Shown in pieces: positions 55,707 through 64,000 of a DNA stretch of 64,000 nucleotides (position 1 is its first letter; the number at the start of each line of letters is the position of its first letter). The translations under genes and the position numbers were made by a program. The notes under the pieces were generated by a model. That model was not told the origin of the DNA. It made no database searches and worked only from the letters and a program-made list of their open reading frames with translations. The stretch is from assembly GCA_000002445.1 (NCBI GenBank), contig CP000069.1, forward strand, positions 128,001 to 192,000, read 5' to 3'. The DNA comes from Trypanosoma brucei (Eukaryota).

Positions 55707-57434
55707 CTAATGTAACGACGGAAGCGAACACCCAAAGTGGCCTTCTCTGAAATGTGAACCAACGAATGGAACAATTATGATTGAGCCCTCTTCAGTACTC
55801 ACAGAAGCTTCACTGCTTCCACTTTGAGCGCTACGGTCAGCGACACGCCCAACCTTAACTGCAATGCGACGCACCACTTCCTCACAGTAGGCGTCATCCC
55901 ACTCGAATGCAGCTTCACGGGGAAGAGGCACACGCCAACGCTCACAAAGCGACGCCAGAAGATTCCCCCGTTGCGCTGCTTTAAAAGTTCGGAAAACAGA
56001 CTGCAGTGAGTTCAATATCGATTGTGCTGATTCACTCAGCTCCGCACGTGAAGAACTGTGGTCGCTGGTGGAGGTTGTCGTGCCATCCTCGTCTTCATCA
56101 AAGAATTCGCGATCCAGCCGTAATGCAGCAAAGTTGCGGCCAGGCACGGCATTCAACTGGTACATTTCCACATGATCATTCACGCCACGAAGTGCAACAT
56201 CACCAAGTGCAGTGACATCAATTTGCTCACGCTCCTCAGCTGACAGTGACATGTAAACCTCATGCGTTATCAGCACCTGACCACCATTTGCTACACTCTC
56301 TGTCCTTGCTGCCATGTTTGGAGTGCGCCCATAGTAGTCATATCCCTTCGTCACTTCATCGTGTCGGATGTCGCACAACCCGGTGTGGATTCCAACACGT
56401 ACACGCAGGCCATTCCACAAACGACTGTACACTTTAGGGTCCAACCGCGCAGTTGGCGGTGTGTACTTCTCGTCCTCCTCCGCACGCTGCTGCTCAAATT
56501 CCCAGTAGGACTCATCAATCGCATTTGTTCCCCAGTCATGCTGCAAGAAACACAGCTGTAGTTCCTGTGCGAGTTGGACGGCAGCGAAAGGACTCTTACT
56601 CGCTATCATGAACGAATCCCCTACAGTCTTGACTTCGTAGCACTTATACCTCCCAATCAGTGAACGAATCAAATAGTGATGTGTTGCAACGGCAACAGGC
56701 ATCAGATCAGGGTGTGCAGCCCACAACGCAGTGCTGCTCTCAATGTCAGTAGATATTAGTGTCACGGGGTCAGTTGGTTCCTTGGGTGCAAGATTGTTAT
56801 CACGAGCATTCCGGTGTGTTGCTAATATAACAACCACAAGAACCGTAACAAGCGGCACCAACATTACGACGAAGCCAACTGCAATAGCGGCAATTTGCTC
56901 AGTTATCTGTTGGATCCATCTCGGTTCATCATAGGTCACTGACAGTGTGGCAGACGACAGCGCAGAGGACACAAAAGGGTTTAGAACATGTGACATCGAC
57001 CATACAAAAATATGCATCGCACCACAGTTGACAACAGTGCTTCGCCTCAAGTCAAGTTTCGTTCGTACACTTGTCTCCAAACGACCCATACATTGCAGGA
57101 CACTTCCCATTGCGTAAGCGATGGCAGACCCACGTAGTGACAATGGCTTCCACTTCGACTCATTCTGCACGATCTTGCGGAACTCACGTACTGTTTTGGA
57201 CTCCGTGATCTTATCCCTCCGATGTGACAGATTCGTTGCGAATAGCAAGGGGTTAGAAAATGGCTCTTCATGGAAGGCATTCACGAGTTCGCCGTGGATT
57301 GGTGCATCATCGAAGAACAGGACGAAGACGTGCGCATTACGGTGCTTGTTAGGGTGAAAGAGGATTATGGAGATATTATATGGGATAAGACCTACAACCA
57401 ATACCTCACATGCAGTTGACAGCTTGTCTCTCAA
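55707..57434 (-). CDS. TM + cyclase catalytic domain frame of P4 (575 codons from a non-ATG start)
   Basis: Cyclase motifs present. Has the unusual substitution ISTDIESS where other copies have IFTDIESS. Confidence 0.5.
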   Translation of the reverse strand: MRDKLSTACEVLVVGLIPYNISIILFHPNKHRNAHVFVLFFDDAPIHGELVNAFHEEPFSNPLLFATNLSHRRDKITESKTVREFRKIVQNESKWKPLSLRGSAIAYAMGSVLQCMGRLETSVRTKLDLRRSTVVNCGAMHIFVWSMSHVLNPFVSSALSSATLSVTYDEPRWIQQITEQIAAIAVGFVVMLVPLVTVLVVVILATHRNARDNNLAPKEPTDPVTLISTDIESSTALWAAHPDLMPVAVATHHYLIRSLIGRYKCYEVKTVGDSFMIASKSPFAAVQLAQELQLCFLQHDWGTNAIDESYWEFEQQRAEEDEKYTPPTARLDPKVYSRLWNGLRVRVGIHTGLCDIRHDEVTKGYDYYGRTPNMAARTESVANGGQVLITHEVYMSLSAEEREQIDVTALGDVALRGVNDHVEMYQLNAVPGRNFAALRLDREFFDEDEDGTTTSTSDHSSSRAELSESAQSILNSLQSVFRTFKAAQRGNLLASLCERWRVPLPREAAFEWDDAYCEEVVRRIAVKVGRVADRSAQSGSSEASVSTEEGSIIIVPFVGSHFREGHFGCSLPSLH

Positions 57435-59200
57435 AATAGGACCTTCACCACTCGCAACAAAGAAGCTTAGTGATGTGTTAAAGTTGTCAAGTGTTTTTGC
57501 AACATATTCCTAATTCCTCTCGTATCACCACCACGACACACAATGAAATGCATCCTTCCTGCACCATTTTGTATAATATGCTCAACTATCATAAATAACT
57601 GCTGCTCATTTGTTGGTAACAGGTGGATCACATTCCTTCTGGGGTTACTCGGTTGTGATGTGAGTATTATAGGATCGATGAATGCCATACCCTTCGTCCG
57701 TAGTAACGAATTATCCACGACACCAAGCACAGCAGTTACAACTCGTTTCTCAACATCATTATACAGAGTTGCAGAAGCTTCGTAAAATTTCGAGGATAGT
57801 CAGTGTAAAAAGAAACTATCAGAGACCCAGTTGACCTTTGCCAACAACATGAGGGACACCATCGTATACCATCTATGCAGTACGCAGTGCCTTTGGGTCA
57901 TCGGTTATATTAAACATGACCCCACTCAATGGGCCCTACAACTGTGGCAGGTCTCGATAACAGCGAGATGAACCAAGGGTTAATATAGCTTCCTTCATAG
58001 GGTGCAGATGGAGATCCTTTTCCACCTTCTTCACGCACATCACACTCCCACCTTGGTTACGTAAACACGATACACCCCGCTCTCCCGCCTTATTACGGCA
58101 CTCACCACCAAAGTCACCAACCACAATATTATCAATTGGATAACGACGTTTATTGTACAGTGATTTCATAAATACACCCCTGCTAGTTAGCTATTCGTGA
58201 CAACTCAGTGCCTGTTTCAATACCTCCCCAGCAACCCATCTGTTCAATGTCAGCTCAGCTTCAGCGTCTTGCTCGGTGAAGTTATTTTCGTTAATATCCC
58301 ACCTTGTGCGCTTATAGTTATTACCATTAACCTTTAACAACATAGTCATATCATCTCTGAAACGCCTGACAGCTTTGTATGTGTCACCCTTCGTAATTAG
58401 GTCAGCCCCAGTTATTATTATCTTAGCAGCCACAAACTCGTCTCTACCCAATTTATATGCCCACTTGTTCTTGATGGCGTGTTGGAGTGCAGAGGGTGTA
58501 TGAATAAATATTCGCCTCTTGTCCTGTGGTCATATAATCATTTCATGGGGAATCTCTTCATATCAGGGATTGGAGAACCAAATACAATCATTCCCTGAGG
58601 TCCAGTATCGGCAACCTTATTACACTCCGCACTGAAGCTCCTGTTATCCGATTCCTTATCAAGTTGACTCTTCAATGCAAAAAAAAAAAAATAACAACTA
58701 AACAACTTGCGATTCATCCGTGTTGCCAACTACGCAGCAAGCTTATACTCATCATCACCATAAGAAACATCTTTCAAATACATGAAATCCAGTCGGTGTG
58801 ACCGTAACTGAGTGATAGCATAACGGAAAAGAGCAAGCATCTCAACGGCGAGTGGTGCTTCCAGGAGGTATAAATTGGGATTCCAACTGTGTACCCTACT
58901 GAATCCTGTGAAAGGTAAGAAATCAACTACGCATTCTTTTCATTGAAATATTTGGTTAAGTTGAGAGTATTTTTGTCACCCACAGATTCCAGTATAATAG
59001 CAAACTCATCACCGTAATTGGTTGTACAGATGGCGTATCCAAAGTCATCCAGAGACGGAACATATGCAACTGCCACACTGACACACGGAAGCGACTTCCC
59101 GTTGGTAATAGATGCGTTGAAACCTGCAATAATAGGATCACATACCTTTGCTGAGATCTTGTCACTGTATAACATGTTGCATACCCTTACCCATAATAAT
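55707..59200 (-). pseudogene. P4: degenerate divergent adenylate cyclase paralog (N-terminal half fragmented, C-terminal half open); copy homology ends abruptly at 59297
   Basis: Same ordered fragment ORFs as the other P copies (58927-59175, 58538-58729, 58191-58451, 57936-58169, 57467-57730) plus the 575-codon frame 55707-57434. Confidence 0.75.
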
Positions 59201-59297
59201 CCATTTGCAAGCTATACTTCAGCCAGCAGCTGTAGTAACATAGAAAAACACTACGTAAGTGACTACGCCATCTCTAGCATGTAATTCACGCATGGGG

Positions 59298-60780
59298 TGA
59301 CTGTAGGCGTGAGTCGCACGATGAACGGCGCGTGTCGATTCCCTGAATCCATTTCTTGGTAAAATTTAGGGGCTGCATTTGGATGCAGTGCGATCACACG
59401 AAGTAGCTGCGTTTCCCGTTGAACCAAAGCACATAACTTACATCGACAATCCTTTGTAGCAGTGCGGAGGCCCGCGCTCGGCCATGCCGACCCGCTGAAG
59501 TCGATCTTCGTCGGGGGGGGGGGAGGGGAACGGTTTTTTATTTGCCCTCCACGCTCAACTTTGACAACGTCAAAGGGCGTAGTTGGAGGTGTCGGGACAC
59601 GCCTGGCTTCGCAGAGCGCTTGTTTGCCTTCCAATTGGATACTGAGGACATCCTTGGTGGTGGGGAAGTGCCTCAACTAAGGGCGGAGTGAACGGTTTCT
59701 TGACATTGCTTTTTTCTCATTTTCACGGGGATGCCGCGCCATTCAATCCGTTTGGAGAACCATGTAGATCCTTTCCTCGTGGGGACGCCAACCGGGCAGG
59801 GCGCACGTGCCGGTGCCTCAGTCGCCTTCCTCTGCGGGTTGGCTAATTTAGTAGATGCCCCTTGGGGTTTTGGGAGGTGGTGCTGCGGTGCCACTGGGCG
59901 TGGTGACGCCTTGATCACCCTTGAGGATTGGGAGGGGCAAGTGGTGTGGCGATGGCCGCTTACCCGCGCCGTGGCTGACATTCTTTTAGCTTTCGGGGTT
60001 GCGTTAGCTGCCGCGCGGTGCCAAAAAAGTGCTAAGGGGAGGGATAATGTGGCCTTCAACCTCGCTCGGGGCGTTGGGCGCGTACAGCGCGTTTGGAAGA
60101 AGTGGCTTCCGCCGTCTGGGGTGCCGGTGGCGTGTGCCTCGTGCGGTTGGTTTTTCTCTTCAGGAGATGGGACTGATCAATGCTTGGGGGTTAGAACTTC
60201 TGTCTCCTTGTGTTCGCTTGTGGGGAGCTAGTGGGGCGCAGGCCGCCCGCTAGCAGGAGGTAGCAAAGGTGCGTGGAAGTTCCGGCCACTTTAAAGGATA
60301 TGAAACTGAAGGGGAGATATCGCCTCCAAGGCACCCTAGGGAGTCGCGGTTTAGCAGCACTGTCCCTTGGGGGCTGCTGCCGCATGATCGTGTTGCCGGA
60401 GCCCGCTATTTCGTATCTTCGGGCGCCAGCTGGGGGGGGGGGGGGGCGGCGGGTTTCTCCACTTGGAGACCCCCACCGTGCTCGGGCGCCGTCATTTAAT
60501 CGGCGGTCCCTCGGGAAAGAAAGGGACCTGTATGGGCATTCCGGGTGGGGGGATTTTTTTTTTGTGTGCGCAGGCGCGCTTCAATTGCGTAGTATCAATA
60601 GAAGGATTGAACATCCCCCCTGAAACGAAGTATCAATCGCGTGCTGACACTCGATTCTGTGTTCGTGATACCGGTGTTTGTGCTGAGCGTTGCTTGTACT
60701 GCTTGACTGTGTGGGCCGCACACTGCGGTATGCTTGAGAGGGAAAGAAAAAGAAAGGATATCCTCCACGACGGTTAGAGA
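59298..60780. other. GC-rich island with long G homopolymer runs (G11 at 59513-59523, G15 at 60432-60446, G6+T10 at 60547-60563) and overlapping low-complexity ORFs on both strands; probably non-coding
   Basis: Composition and homopolymers read directly. ORFs 59673-60059(-) and 59731-60231(+) overlap each other, are Ala/Gly/Arg/Pro-rich, and lack recognisable motifs. Confidence 0.5.
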
Positions 60781-62611
60781 CTATATGTCAAGGATAAAAG
60801 GAAAAGGGGCAGATATAAAGAGGTATTCAGTTATGCAGTGTGTGTATGTGTGGATCTGTGGTTGCGGGATACTCCACACTTCTTTTGTTTTTTTTATTAC
60901 GAGTGAACACGTTGCTGTGCACGGTGAACGTCCCTCCCACGACCGAAGGATTTTTTAATTCTGATAATGCGGATATCCGTAAAGTTCCGTCCTTTTCTTT
61001 GTGTTACAAGGGGTCGTGTGTCTTTCACTCATGCAGTTTGATTTTATTTTCGTCGACTCCTGGAATTATCTGTGTTATTTATTTTAATTCCGTTCGTGTG
61101 ATTCCGATATACCTCTTTTGGTTGTTTCCTATTAGGTGGTCGGCTACAATGTTAACTTTTCGCTGATGTTTGTGAGTCTTCTGTGCACTTTTCCTATTGG
61201 CCTTTGCAAATGGGTGTTGATCTTCATAGTGCATAGACGGTTTGCGAGGATGTTGGGACCATGCAATCACTTTGGCGGTGCGTCCGTTCTTTTTCTTTTT
61301 GGAGAAAAATATTGCGTACATTTATTCACTTAATTTTGTCGGTGGCCTCTGCTATGTTTTTTGATTGTGCTTGTTTTTCTAGGAGAATCCGCACCTTCTT
61401 TAATTTTGAGGTTGTATAAGCAGTTGTTTTGTAGTATAAGTAAGGAGACATATGCTACAATGTTTTTGTAAACATTATGTTCGGGTACATACGAAATATT
61501 TTACTGCTTCCTTTTTCCGCTGAACTTGGGGTGAAGTTCCTACGTTTTTATTCTGTTTCATTAAGGTAACCCAAGTTCCTTTTCTTTCGTTGCCTTCTCC
61601 CTCTGGACACAACACGGGCGGTCGAATATGACTGCTTATATCAAGGCATCGCGACGGCGTTAGAAAACAAAGGTGACGTGTGTAATAACTTTCGCTTGGC
61701 CGGAGGGTCATGTTTCTGCCTCTTTGTTTTTTGCGTCGTGAAATGGTGACCTGGTTTTTGTGTACCGAGCATGTACTTTTTCATATTATCATATTCCACG
61801 AAGATTTCAAGTATTGTCACATACTTTGCCCGTGGTAGGTGCTACCCAGGCCATGCTTCCAGAGGTAATAATGATAGTTTCAGCGAAGTGTGTTGTCGAT
61901 GATGTTATCGGCGGTTTTGCATAATCGTTTGTCGTGTTTTATCTGTTGTGGCAACCTCGTTAATATACAGTTAGACGTTAATTTACATATTTTGCGGTTC
62001 GGTCATAAGCCATAAGTTTTCTAGAAGTGGGTGTGTTTGTTACCCCTTTTACACTCACTGTTAGAAGATGTTTTACGTGTCTACTACTCGGCTATTGTAT
62101 TTGGCCGCAATATATTCGGGGAGACGGCTTTGATATGGATCTGACTCGTCATGTGTGTATCTGCATGCGTGCATAAAGTGTAGAGGAGGAAAGTGCAGGT
62201 GCAACATCATTACCTCGCGTTAATAGAAGACGAAGTGAGTATGTGATTTCAGCGGGCGCCAAGTTGATCTTCGGCTCTGCCGGTGACGAGGATAGCTGCA
62301 GGGGCCTTGAAGGAGAACTTAACACAGTCGTGGTAAGTAAGTACGAGAGCAAAGTATGTACAAAACTAGGTTGCCACAGGGGAGAAAGGTGTACACCGCT
62401 GGAGATGGTGTTGGCATGTGCATATGTGCATGTACTGAAGCATTGTCCATATTGTCGGCAATTAAATAATTCTTCCCTCCGACAGATTTAAACACCAAGT
62501 GAAGTATACAGTTTTTCACTGCTGCAACTACACATACGAATTTAGTTTTTTTCTTCGAAGGGACTAACCATACAAGCATTCGAATTTTCAGTAAGAGCGC
62601 AAACTTGTGAA

Positions 62612-62636
62612 TAGGGTTAGGGTTAGGGTTAGGGTA
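62612..62636 (+). repeat. interstitial telomere-like repeat (TTAGGG)x3.5
   Basis: tagggttagggttagggttagggta read directly. It sits 25 nt upstream of the peptidase ATG, downstream of a polypyrimidine tract (62533-62548). Confidence 0.9.
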
Positions 62637-62661
62637 CACATAAAAAATAAGTAAATACTCC

Positions 62662-64000
62662 GATGCAGGTTGATTGGGGTGCAGTTCATAAATTCATTAC
62701 TGACGAATGGGACAAGACCCTCGTCCCCACCATTTCTGCATACATCGAGGTTCCGAACCAAAGCCCCCACTACGACCAGGAATGGGCAACCAATGGGTTA
62801 ATGCAAAAGGCTATGGATATCATTATTGAGTGGGTCAAAAAACAGCCCATCAAGGGTATGAAATACGAGCTTTTCGAGGAGAAAGGATTAACGCCTTTCC
62901 TCATTGTGGAGATTGAAGGAACTGAGCCATGTGCCAACACACTAATGATGTACGGCCATATGGACAAACAACCCCCTCTTCTTCCGTGGGAGGAGGGACT
63001 CCACCCATATAAGCCAGTGTATCGGGATGGCAGATTATATGGTCGTGGAGGAGCTGACGATGGTTATGCCGTGTTTTCAGCTCTGACCGCAATGGCGGCT
63101 GTGCAAAAGCAAGGCATTCCACACGGGAAAGTCGTTGTTATCATTGAGGCCAGTGAGGAATCTGGGAGTATGCACCTCCCTTTTTACCTCGAGAAATGCA
63201 GGGACCGCATCGGCAACGTCGATCTTCTTATTTGTTTGGACAGTGGGGCGATGAGCTACGATCAACTTTGGCTGACGACAGCTCTACGAGGAGTATGTGG
63301 TGGCATGCTTACAGTGGAAACAATGAAGGAAGGCATGCACAGTGGCCTATCCGGTGGCGTTGTTCCCGATTCCTTTCGTATTGCCCGTATGCTCCTCGAA
63401 CGTATTGAAGATACAAATACCGGTGAAGTAAAAATTATCGAAGCAAACTGTGACATCCCTCAGCATGTTGTGGAGAGTATGCAGTCAATAAGGGCAATTG
63501 CATACAAGGAGCAGTTTCCCCTTCTGTCCGGCGTGTCTACTGAAGTTGATGACACTGTGGAGCTAGCCCTGAGGAATTCTTGGAAACCGTGCTTGACAGT
63601 GGTGGGTGATAACCTCCCTGATGCGGCAACGGCTGGGAATGTCAATCGTGCCAAGACCGTGCTGCGGCTCTCCCTCCGTGTCCCCCCTATTGTGGACGCG
63701 ACGAAGGCCACACTAGCGATGAAAAGAATACTCGAGGCTGATTCCCCATATAACGCCAAAGTAACTTTCACTCCGGATGATGCAGGTGACGGCTGTGCGA
63801 CACCACGGCTAAAGCCATGGCTTGTGGAGGCGCTCAATAAGGGTAGTGAGATGGCTTTTGGTAAGGGGTTCGCATCACAGGGCATGGGTGGGTCCATTCC
63901 TTTTATTGCAATGTTGCTGAAAAAATTTCCGGATGCGCAATTTGTGGTCACCGGCGTTTTGGGACCGAAGAGCAACGCACACGGGCCGAACGAGTTTCTA
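62662..64000 (+). CDS. M20-family metallopeptidase (CNDP/Dug1-like dipeptidase type), 3'-partial: 446 codons, no stop before window end
   Basis: Open frame from ATG 62662 to the window end, hand-translated. It has the M20 motifs YGHMD (metal-binding His/Asp), YGRGGADDGY (GRGxxDDKG-like) and EASEESGS (catalytic/metal Glu pair), plus HGPNEF near the end. It is not in the ORF track because it is incomplete. Confidence 0.8.

Noticed and set aside
59673-60623. Overlapping 116-166-aa ORFs on both strands of the GC-rich island
   Set aside because: They overlap each other in different frames, are low-complexity and lack any domain signature. High GC alone generates long spurious ORFs.

Overview
This window reads as a trypanosomatid chromosome-internal locus, most consistent with the Trypanosoma brucei group. 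The evidence is TTAGGG telomere-type hexamers, GRESAG4-type receptor adenylate cyclases and a GT67-like glycosyltransferase; this organism assignment is inference only. 

About 45 kb of the window is a segmentally duplicated adenylate-cyclase (AC) array built from one recurring unit: a ~300-bp 5' flank (U5), a full-length ~1280-aa receptor-type AC (F), a ~1.1-kb spacer (T), a divergent AC paralog (P), and a ~2.6-kb spacer (S). In every P copy the extracellular half is broken by frameshifts and stops, but the transmembrane-plus-cyclase half is still one open frame. 

The units form two oppositely oriented arrays: 
- F0-S-P1-T-F1 on the minus strand, nt 1-13553. 
- F2-T-P2-S-F3-T-P3-S on the plus strand, nt 22390-45665, flanked by a ~230-bp direct repeat (B). 
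- Between them lies an 8.8-kb central region (13554-22389) with no convincing gene, i.e. a divergent strand-switch-like spacer. 

Downstream, all on the minus strand, are: 
- a C2H2 zinc-finger protein gene; 
- a GT67-like glycosyltransferase reading frame interrupted only by two in-frame stop codons; 
- a 1491-bp tandem repeat of ~2.2 units carrying two identical copies of a 316-aa signal-peptide/C-terminal-hydrophobic surface protein gene; 
- a fourth degenerate AC copy (P4) with a truncated S spacer fused directly to that tandem repeat. 

The right end contains a GC-rich island with G11-G15 homopolymer runs, an interstitial (TTAGGG)3.5 telomere-like tract, and the 5' part of an M20-family (CNDP/Dug1-like) metallopeptidase gene that runs off the window. 

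The ORF track uses non-ATG starts (GTG/TTG shown as M). Several listed N-termini are therefore not real initiators, and I corrected the starts where the sequence allowed. No rRNA, tRNA, spliced-leader or CRISPR features were recognised.
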